From: an uncultured Candidatus Saccharibacteria bacterium
GTDB taxonomy: Bacteria > Patescibacteriota > WWE3 > CAZQFB01
Assembly: GCA_964592525.1 (NCBI GenBank)
Contig: CAZQFB010000001.1
Location: 1,212 to 65,211, forward strand
Reading direction: 5' to 3'
Length of the DNA: 64,000 nt
Shown: one piece after another, positions 56,794 through 64,000 of the stretch
Layout of the letters: the number at the start of each line of letters is the position of its first letter
Numbering within the stretch: position 1 is the stretch's first letter
Position numbers and translations under genes: made by a program
The notes under the pieces: generated by a model
What the model saw: only the letters and a program-made list of their open reading frames with translations
Database searches by the model: none
What the model was told of the DNA's origin: nothing

Positions 56794-57720
56794 TTAACCT
56801 CCTAATCCGTATAGGATTGTGATCGTAGCCATAAACCAGAGTAAAATGGTAGTCAGTAATGGTTGGTCAGAAACCATTACTCGGGCTGGGCTTTCTCCTT
56901 CTTTTTTTTCGTAAATTACATATAGGTATCTGGCAACCCCATAAAGAACTAATGGTATCGTTAGCATCATCCATTTAGGTTTTAGTAGGGTGGTGGGTAA
57001 AAAACCAGAAAAAGTTAAAAATGATTCAGTAGGTGAGATTTGAAAAGTGAATAAAACATAAGACAAAATAGTCATTGACGCGGAAACCGAAATCATTACG
57101 TCTAATAGTGCGTTAGGATAATGTTCAAGAGTTTGTCTGGTTTGAGTTTTTAATTTGTGTTTATGCAGCAGTGTACTTTCGCATCTTCTTTTTCCAAAAG
57201 CCAGTAGTAGGGCCAAACCAATAGTGGCAACTATTAACCATGAGGAAATAGGAGCATCGACAATCACCGCTCCGGCATAAACTCGAAAAATGAACCCAAT
57301 GGCTACTGCTAAGGCATCTAGAATAATGACTTGTCTTAGCACCAGGGAATATGCAAATTGCAAGCTGATATAAGCTAGGCTAAGTAAGAAAAAAAATTTA
57401 TCAAGGTACAAGGCTGTGGGTAATAAAATGGTAATGAGTAAAAACGCCGTTATTAAAGCAGCATCAGTACTTAAATCCCCAGCGGGAATCGGCCTTTTTC
57501 TTTTTAAGGGGTGTTCTTTATCTTTGGGGGCATCAATAGAATCATTGATTAGGTAAGTAGCCGAGGATAATCCGCAGAATACTAAAAAAGCCTTACTTAC
57601 CGTGAGTAATATTTTTTGATCAAAAAAAGACCCTGCAAATATTATGGCAGCAAAAAGGCTTAAATTTTTTAGCCACTGTATCGGTCTGGTGGTTATTAAG
57701 ATTGCTTTTAAGGTGTTCAT
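56794..57720 (-). CDS. UbiA-family prenyltransferase (decaprenyl-phosphate phosphoribosyltransferase-like).
   Basis: NDSIDAPKD motif and about 8 transmembrane segments. Confidence 0.6.
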   Translation of the reverse strand: MNTLKAILITTRPIQWLKNLSLFAAIIFAGSFFDQKILLTVSKAFLVFCGLSSATYLINDSIDAPKDKEHPLKRKRPIPAGDLSTDAALITAFLLITILLPTALYLDKFFFLLSLAYISLQFAYSLVLRQVIILDALAVAIGFIFRVYAGAVIVDAPISSWLIVATIGLALLLAFGKRRCESTLLHKHKLKTQTRQTLEHYPNALLDVMISVSASMTILSYVLFTFQISPTESFLTFSGFLPTTLLKPKWMMLTIPLVLYGVARYLYVIYEKKEGESPARVMVSDQPLLTTILLWFMATITILYGLGG

Positions 57721-59165
57721 GTTGATAAGGGCGATTTTTTTAATTGTCCTTTTAAAATTACCAGTAGAAAAGCCAAAATACCAACGGCAGCAATAATGGA
57801 TAGCAATTTATACTTACCCGAAGCGTAGAGGGCTAAAATACCAAAAATAGCTGTGGTACTAATATAAAATAAAGCTACTCTTTGGTGTGACCAGCCTAGC
57901 TTTAATAGGCGATGGTGTAAATGATTTTTGTCTCCCCAGACGGGTGATTTTTTTTGTTTTATTCTTCGCAAGATGGTAAAGACAGCGTCAAAGGTAGGTA
58001 CAATCAGCACTAGTAAAGCTGTAGCAACCTTGGCCCCCGAAAGCACAGCGATGCTGGCTAATACCAGCCCAACCATGGTGTTACCAAAACCGTAAAATAT
58101 TTTGGCGGGATGCCAATTGAAGGGCAGTGTGCCTAGTACTCCTCCGGCAATAATGGCAGCTAAAATAACCAGCTCAAGTTGGTTGGGGTCGTAAGGAACA
58201 AGTCTTAGGGATAGCAGACCGATAATGATTGCCGCTATAGATACAATGCCTGGAAACTGACCATCCACACCATTAGACCAATTGATCATATTCATTACCC
58301 AAATTATCCATAGCCAGGCAAAAAGATCAGCCCATAAGGTGATTGAAAACAAACCACCTATTGAGAAAGTGTACTGGTTTAACCAGACTAATCCCCCGAA
58401 AGGGTTAGTTAGATACATAACGGCAGCTCCGCTTCCGACAACTATTAAGGCAGCTAGTACTTGTGTGAACAATCTAAGGTAAGGATTAAGATCATACTTA
58501 TCGTCTAATAGCCCGATGATTACAGTGATTGTGGCGCCAATATAAATTCCGATAATTTTAGTACTTAAGTTTAAAAAAACCAACCCGACGAGTAAGAGAG
58601 CAAGATAAATGGATACTGCTCCGGCTCGTGGGATGGGTTTGGTATGTAAAATGGCTGGATGCGTGAATTTCCTGATCTCTGGATCATCAATTATTTTCCA
58701 TTTTGTGGCTAAATTTATCACTAAAGGGGTTGCTAAAAAACCCACCACATATGCCAGAGTAAAAGCTAACAGAGTTTTAAGAATGTAGCCCGGAATAATA
58801 ATTTGAGAAGGAGTGCTAGTCAGGATTATTCTCACAATTGCTAACTGGATAAAAACCTCCGTACCTAAGGAAAAAATAGCACTGGCAACAGCTAGTAACT
58901 CTTCTTGTCTAACTAAAAATTTTTCCACCAGAACTAAATTAAGAATTAATATTAGCAAGCTAATGATAGGTAGTAGAAATAAATTGAGTGGCGTGTCTAG
59001 GCGATCACTTAAAAAGAATTGAGCGTACCAGATTGGTATTTTGGGGGTCAGTAACTTGAAATTGGTTAATAAAAAATAAGTACCTAAACCTATTACTTCT
59101 AGGGATAAAAGAGTAATAAGTAAAGTGGGGGGATGTTTTAGAAAAGCAATCTTGTTATCGGTCAT
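57717..59165 (-). CDS. MraY/WecA-family polyprenyl-phosphate sugar-1-phosphate transferase with an extended N-terminus.
   Basis: Conserved NMINWSNGVDG and HLHHRLLKLG motifs. Extra N-terminal transmembrane helices. Confidence 0.6.
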   Translation of the reverse strand: MTDNKIAFLKHPPTLLITLLSLEVIGLGTYFLLTNFKLLTPKIPIWYAQFFLSDRLDTPLNLFLLPIISLLILILNLVLVEKFLVRQEELLAVASAIFSLGTEVFIQLAIVRIILTSTPSQIIIPGYILKTLLAFTLAYVVGFLATPLVINLATKWKIIDDPEIRKFTHPAILHTKPIPRAGAVSIYLALLLVGLVFLNLSTKIIGIYIGATITVIIGLLDDKYDLNPYLRLFTQVLAALIVVGSGAAVMYLTNPFGGLVWLNQYTFSIGGLFSITLWADLFAWLWIIWVMNMINWSNGVDGQFPGIVSIAAIIIGLLSLRLVPYDPNQLELVILAAIIAGGVLGTLPFNWHPAKIFYGFGNTMVGLVLASIAVLSGAKVATALLVLIVPTFDAVFTILRRIKQKKSPVWGDKNHLHHRLLKLGWSHQRVALFYISTTAIFGILALYASGKYKLLSIIAAVGILAFLLVILKGQLKKSPLST

Positions 59166-60667
59166 ACTTTTTCTGCGACTTTATATTCCATGTACTTACC
59201 AAACATCAAACGTGTTTGTGAATGAAGCCCAGGTAACGCAGCCATAAATAAGGTTGCAATTGGCAAAAGAAACCATTGTAAATAGACAAGGGGTTTTTGC
59301 CAAAGAGGTTTTTTAGTAACGTTGGGTGGTCTAAGTTGTGTATCAATAAAGATGGTGATTAATAAGGTGAATAAGCTAAAGGTCAAAATATGCCCAGCAA
59401 ATCTAGGTAGGTTTTGACCCAGTACTGTTTGTTCGAAGGCGGGGTTAATTAAAGGTGGTATGGTTGCTGCTAAAGTAACAAAAAACCAGCTAGTTGACCA
59501 AAGCAACTGTGATTCAATTACTTTAAAAACACGCAAGCTTCTAATGCCCAAGTTAATTTCAGGATGCTTAAAAAATTGAATGATCACATAAGGCACCAGG
59601 GTAACCCCCCAAGCATGTCTGGTGCATTGTTCGTAACGATTCACTAAAGAACCTAAATAAGTTTTAGCTTCGGCAGCATCAATAGTAGTGGGTAAATAAA
59701 TTGGCTCAACCTCAACCTCACCGTTCACACTAAAAAAAGATTTTAGGAAAATATGCCAATCTTCCGGTATGATGTCAGGATCCCAATAATCGATTTCCTC
59801 TAGTAATTTAAGGCTGGTAGAATATGTGGAATAGTTTATGGCTAGCTTTCTAGGTTCTTGGGCATCAAAAAGATGAAAAGAACCGCCTAAGATGCTGACG
59901 ACTCTAACTAAAGCTGGTACTCTTTCAATATTGTTGTGTTCGAGGATGATTGGTTGCCAAAAACGACGGTACCTATTCGGATTGGCTAAAAACTTTACCG
60001 TTAAGGCACTAAAATATTTGGGGTGGAATCTAGCGTCGGCGTCACAAGTGGAGAGAGTTATTTTTTTAATGTCCAGACCTTGGTTATCTACCAACTTCTC
60101 CTTGACTTTGATTGCTGCCCACCTCTCATTAGCGGCTTTGCCCTTGACTTCACCGACAATGTTGTCGGGATGATACTCCGCCCACATCTTCTTAAAATGA
60201 TGTTGATATTCTTTAATTAGTAGTTCGGCTTTTTCTCGACTGTCTTGAGCTCTTTCTTCCATAGCTAAAACTACATATAGTTGCCTTCGAGCTATTTCTT
60301 GAGCTGCTAAAGCCGAAAGAGATCTTCTTAAGACATTGGCTGATTCATTATAATTTGGAATTAAGACCACGTGCGTAATTTCCTCCCATTGGTAGGGAAC
60401 TTGTTTCTGGATTAACTGATAATATTTTTGCCAGTTAGTGTTTTTATATTCTTTAATTTTTAAAAAACCTTGAATGGAATAAATACCTAAAGTTAAGGAG
60501 CGGTAAGCCCAAAATCCCATGAAGATTAATACGGTATAGGCTACTAATGTAGGCCAGAAAAGCGATGCCCAAAAGGGAAATAAAATGATCATCCAGACCG
60601 TAAAACCGGGGAATATTTCTAGAAGTCTCTGTATTTTAGGTTCGTTACGTTCAACAAAATCTTTCAT
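59162..60667 (-). CDS. Membrane glycosyltransferase, family 2-like.
   Basis: N-terminal transmembrane segments. GT-A motifs (VLIPNYNES; CDADA). QCTRHAW, which is QxxRW-like. C-terminal transmembrane segments. Confidence 0.5.
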   Translation of the reverse strand: MKDFVERNEPKIQRLLEIFPGFTVWMIILFPFWASLFWPTLVAYTVLIFMGFWAYRSLTLGIYSIQGFLKIKEYKNTNWQKYYQLIQKQVPYQWEEITHVVLIPNYNESANVLRRSLSALAAQEIARRQLYVVLAMEERAQDSREKAELLIKEYQHHFKKMWAEYHPDNIVGEVKGKAANERWAAIKVKEKLVDNQGLDIKKITLSTCDADARFHPKYFSALTVKFLANPNRYRRFWQPIILEHNNIERVPALVRVVSILGGSFHLFDAQEPRKLAINYSTYSTSLKLLEEIDYWDPDIIPEDWHIFLKSFFSVNGEVEVEPIYLPTTIDAAEAKTYLGSLVNRYEQCTRHAWGVTLVPYVIIQFFKHPEINLGIRSLRVFKVIESQLLWSTSWFFVTLAATIPPLINPAFEQTVLGQNLPRFAGHILTFSLFTLLITIFIDTQLRPPNVTKKPLWQKPLVYLQWFLLPIATLFMAALPGLHSQTRLMFGKYMEYKVAEKV

Positions 60668-61443
60668 AAGGAAAATAACTTTTGGGCAGTCATTGTTGTA
60701 TTTTTCGCTACTGTGCCAATTTCTTGTTTACGAAGCTGGGCTATTTTGCCAGCTATCTTGATTAAATTGGCTGGTGTATTAGGCAATTTCCTTTCTGGTG
60801 CAGGTGGTAAAAACGGGCAGTCGGTTTCAAGCATATAACTATCATCCGGAATCCTTTCCACAACGTCAAGTAGCGCTTCCGTATTGTTATAGGTTACTAT
60901 TGCTGTGAAGGAGATTATTATACCTATTTTTAGGTAACTTTGCGCAAGTTGCCAGTCACCACTGAAACAATGGATTACTCCTTTCAATTTGGTACCTTTA
61001 TACCTTTGCAGTTCAGTTAAAATATCTTCATGGGCATTACGACTGTGGATGATGACTGGTAAATTTAGATCTACGGCTAGCCCCAATTGCCTTCGGAAGA
61101 GCTCTTTTTGTTTAACGGGATAATTTTGTTTTGAACATTGAGTTGAATAATCAAGTCCGGTTTCTCCGATGGCTATCACTTTATTTTTTTCAGCTAGCGA
61201 ATTAAGCAATTGGTATTGACTTTCGTTAGTGCGACAAGCTTCCGTTGGATGTATGCCTACCGCACAAAATATTGAGGGGTGTTCTTGCGCCAGCTTAAGT
61301 GCTTGTTGTGAATCTGCTATAGAGGTACCAACGCTAATCAGTTTTTCTACCCCCACCTTTTTTGCCTGCTTAAGGTGTTCTGGTGGGTTTTGATTCAAAG
61401 GGTAATGTGATAGGTGAGTGTGGGTATCAATAAGGACTATCAC
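60664..61443 (-). CDS. tatD: TatD-family hydrolase.
   Basis: IDTHTHL N-terminus and TIM-barrel metal motifs. Confidence 0.8.
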   Translation of the reverse strand: MIVLIDTHTHLSHYPLNQNPPEHLKQAKKVGVEKLISVGTSIADSQQALKLAQEHPSIFCAVGIHPTEACRTNESQYQLLNSLAEKNKVIAIGETGLDYSTQCSKQNYPVKQKELFRRQLGLAVDLNLPVIIHSRNAHEDILTELQRYKGTKLKGVIHCFSGDWQLAQSYLKIGIIISFTAIVTYNNTEALLDVVERIPDDSYMLETDCPFLPPAPERKLPNTPANLIKIAGKIAQLRKQEIGTVAKNTTMTAQKLFSL

Positions 61444-62867
61444 AACATTTTTGGATAGAGTGGTTTAAGGGCAGTAATTTTCTGTTGCGAAAAATGGTTT
61501 AAAATAGTGTTTGCTGTCGCGGGTAATAACGGTTGTAGTAAAATACCAATACAGAGTAATTCTTTAATTATCGCTTTTAGGGTTAGGGTCAATTCAACAT
61601 CGTCTTGTTCCCAAATTTTATTCTCACTTATTTCTTTATCTAACAAAGAGATTTTATTCCAAATATATTCTAAGGCTTTTTGAAAATTTAAAGAGTCCAT
61701 GTATGTTTGATATTCAGGTGTTTGCCTTTCTTTTAAGGAAGGCGGTGTTAGGTTATAGTCAGCGTTAGTTCTTTCAGCCAATTTAGCTACCCGGGCACAT
61801 AAATTACCAAGACCATGGGCAAGTTTAGCATTATATCTTTCTTTAAGTTGGGAGAGCGAAAAATCACCATCAGCACCAAAAGGTATTTCTGAAAAAAGAT
61901 AATAACGAATGGCATCAAAAGTAAATTGATTTTTTAAAGCAAGGGGATTTATGGTGTTGCCTAGAGTTTTGCTCATTTTCTCACCATTTAAGGTAAAGAA
62001 GCCGTGCACAAATATTTGTTTGGGTAGCTCTAACTTGGCTGACATTAACATAGCTGGCCACAAAGCACAGTGGAATTTAGTGATATCGCGACCAACTAAA
62101 TGTACATTAGCAGGCCAGTAATGTTTAAAGTGTTTTTCATCGTGACCAAAACCAATACCAGTCAAGTAATTGATTAAAGCATCAAACCAAACATAGATTG
62201 TGTGTGTTGGGTCTAAAGGTAGTTTGATACCCCAGCTTAAACCTTGTCTTGAGATGCTGATATCTTCCATATAATCCTGCACATAATTCAGTACTTCTTT
62301 GCGGCGACCGCTTGGTTGAATAAAGTGAGGATTGTTTTGGTAGTGTTGTAGCAGTTGTTCTTTGTATTTCGTCAGTCTGAAAAAGTAATTTTCCTCTTCA
62401 ATTGCTTGGCACTTTATTTTATGGATCGGACAGTAATCATCCGCATCTAGGTCTCTTTTTGTTTTGAATTCTTCACAGCGCGAACAGTAAAGACCTTTAT
62501 AGTGACCCTTATAAATATCCCCCTGCGCATATACTCGGGAGAAGAATTCTAAAACACCCTGTTTATGTTGTGGCGACGAAGTACGGATAAAAGCAGAATT
62601 ACTGATGTCTAGTTCTTGCCAGGTTTTCTGCCAATTGTTAGACATTTTACGCACATACTCTTGCACCTCTTCTCCCTTTTCTGTGGCTGTTTCCAGGGAG
62701 CTTTTAGCGTGTTCATCGGTGCCTGTTAAGAAAAAGGAATCTTGTTTTAACAGAGTGTGATATCTATTTAAGATATCAGCAGCTATGGTAGTGTAGGCAT
62801 GTCCGATATGTGGTAGATCGTTCACATAATAAATTGGAGTTGTAACATAATAGGTATCTTTGCTCAT
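61440..62867 (-). CDS. metG: Methionine--tRNA ligase.
   Basis: HIGH (HIGHAYT), KMSKS (KMSKTLGN) and a CxxC zinc knuckle. Confidence 0.85.
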   Translation of the reverse strand: MSKDTYYVTTPIYYVNDLPHIGHAYTTIAADILNRYHTLLKQDSFFLTGTDEHAKSSLETATEKGEEVQEYVRKMSNNWQKTWQELDISNSAFIRTSSPQHKQGVLEFFSRVYAQGDIYKGHYKGLYCSRCEEFKTKRDLDADDYCPIHKIKCQAIEEENYFFRLTKYKEQLLQHYQNNPHFIQPSGRRKEVLNYVQDYMEDISISRQGLSWGIKLPLDPTHTIYVWFDALINYLTGIGFGHDEKHFKHYWPANVHLVGRDITKFHCALWPAMLMSAKLELPKQIFVHGFFTLNGEKMSKTLGNTINPLALKNQFTFDAIRYYLFSEIPFGADGDFSLSQLKERYNAKLAHGLGNLCARVAKLAERTNADYNLTPPSLKERQTPEYQTYMDSLNFQKALEYIWNKISLLDKEISENKIWEQDDVELTLTLKAIIKELLCIGILLQPLLPATANTILNHFSQQKITALKPLYPKML

Positions 62868-62894
62868 AACCCCGCTATTTTAGCATATCAACCT

Positions 62895-63269
62895 TTAATG
62901 ATAGCGCTTAAAATAAACTTCTAAACAGATTAAGATAGTAATTAATAACAAGATAGTAGCTTCGTTAATGAGCTGAGTAACCTTAAAAAAGGCGATGAGG
63001 CTGACACCACTACTAAATAAGGTGCTACGGCGAAAACTTTCTGTGAAAATTAGGTTTTGGTTGGTGTGGTAATTTAATTTTCTTAAAGTACGTTGGTATA
63101 AAATGATGGTCAAGCTTGAGCTAAGCGCGAAAAAAAATAATACTAAAAATAATCCTATCTCTTGCCAGGAAGCTGGAGAGACGTAAAAAATCATTAATGT
63201 AGCTAGGGTTGAAGTCAGCAAGGCTAGAAAGGCAGTCGCTAAAACAGGCGGTTTCATTAGCCAAATCAT
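62895..63269 (-). CDS. Small membrane protein, unknown.
   Basis: Four hydrophobic helices. Confidence 0.35.
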   Translation of the reverse strand: MIWLMKPPVLATAFLALLTSTLATLMIFYVSPASWQEIGLFLVLFFFALSSSLTIILYQRTLRKLNYHTNQNLIFTESFRRSTLFSSGVSLIAFFKVTQLINEATILLLITILICLEVYFKRYH

Positions 63270-63576
63270 ACACTGCCTCTGCTTGAGATGCTAATAATCA
63301 AGATTAAGTTAGCCTTTAGGCTGGAAATTTCGCTACGGTGTGCTCTTGAAAGCAGACACTTTAAGCTGATACCTAAACAGGGTTCTTCATATAGTAGCTA
63401 TCTATTAAGTTTTGCTTTGGTGCAGATGAAATTGTGACAAGGAGTACTGTTTTTAGATATCAGTGGCAGTGAGGAAAAGGTAATTTTTTTTTGCCAGTCG
63501 TGATTAGTATTTTTGCTTTATTTTTCTATGGGGACGGAACTTGATACCTTGAGGGGATATCGGTACACTGAAAGAA

Positions 63577-64000
63577 ATGTCCAAGCCCTTGTTTTCTTTT
63601 CATTCTTCTTCCTTAACTTATCGTTTTTTAGTTGGGGGATCATTGCTTTTATTGGTCATGGGTTTGCTTGGGAGTGCTTTTCTGTTCTTTTACTTAAGTA
63701 GTAGTAGAGAAGAGCAAGAACTTAGACCAGTGAATATTCCCGAGGTTGTGAAGAGAGCGCCTAAATATGAGGAGATTTCTAATGTGTGTTCTGGTACAAA
63801 GGTATTCACTTCTTTGAGTGAAGCTCTGGCTGAACCCTTGGAAGTGTGTGACCTACGATTATCATCTTCTTTTATTAGCGAGCTGCCGGATGACTTTGCG
63901 CTGTTAACGCAGGTTAGAGTTCTGTATCTTAATGATAATGAACTGACTGAAATACCGGTAGAGTTGTTAGCTCTGACTAGATTGGAAGAACTACATATTA
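63577..64000 (+). CDS. Leucine-rich-repeat protein with an N-terminal membrane anchor. Partial; it continues past the window end.
   Basis: Manual translation gives MSKPLF...GSLLLLVMGLLGSAFLFFYL (transmembrane) then LTQVRVLYLNDNELTEIPVELLALTRLEEL (LRR consensus LxxLxLxxNxLxxIP). Confidence 0.55.
   Translation, partial: MSKPLFSFHSSSLTYRFLVGGSLLLLVMGLLGSAFLFFYLSSSREEQELRPVNIPEVVKRAPKYEEISNVCSGTKVFTSLSEALAEPLEVCDLRLSSSFISELPDDFALLTQVRVLYLNDNELTEIPVELLALTRLEELHI

Overview
This 64-kb window is a gene-dense bacterial chromosome segment, roughly 40-45% GC judged by eye (not computed). Gene content and compact, often overlapping operons suggest a small-genome Patescibacteria/CPR-like organism: DUF4446, DUF3048, LTD and PEGA proteins are present and no pyrimidine-biosynthesis context is visible. 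That assignment is inference only.

Backbone: the window is mostly housekeeping.
- recA-recX, greA, lysS-serS, PAP2 phosphatase plus uppP, and secA.
- A membrane-anchored Clp-like double AAA+ ATPase.
- prfB (RF2, no frameshift), then ftsE-ftsX with an M23 (EnvC-like) peptidase.
- tsaE, a short tsaB-like gene, and rnpB (RNase P RNA).
- An AI-2E transporter, miaA-miaB, pgk, hup, ymdB-rny and a ComM/YifB-like ATPase.
- groES-groEL, hsp20 and an SRAP/YedK protein.
- metG, tatD and a cell-envelope glycan cluster (O-antigen-ligase-like, UbiA-like, MraY/WecA-like, GT2).
- Two tRNAs: tRNA-Pro(GGG) and tRNA-Cys(GCA).

Accessory or unusual content:
1. A large serine recombinase gene sits between two perfect 158-bp inverted repeats (194..351 and 1903..2060). 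The right repeat overlaps the 3' CCA end of tRNA-Pro, and the region looks GC-richer than the host.
2. Next to it is a 687-aa secreted or membrane FG-GAP (DxDxDG) beta-propeller protein with a Cys-rich C-terminus.
3. A signal-peptide protein carries an RHS-core-end motif (...YVYAANNPVTNSDPTG) followed by a ~330-aa unknown C-terminal domain, which looks like a polymorphic toxin.
4. A ~1.8-kb visibly GC-rich island of three unknown genes, with its own promoter, Shine-Dalgarno sites and terminators, lies between the tsaB-like fragment and rnpB.
5. A radical-SAM gene, a transcarbamylase-fold gene with variant motifs (STRTQ, CPLP), an 830-bp AT-rich noncoding gap and an ATP-grasp gene abut the 3' end of tRNA-Cys.
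6. Two promoter, short transcript, terminator modules sit just upstream of greA and of the comM-like gene; these look like leader sRNAs or attenuators.
7. A CCCCGCC-loop-GGCGGGG hairpin recurs at five or more loci.

No CRISPR array, rRNA or reverse transcriptase was seen.
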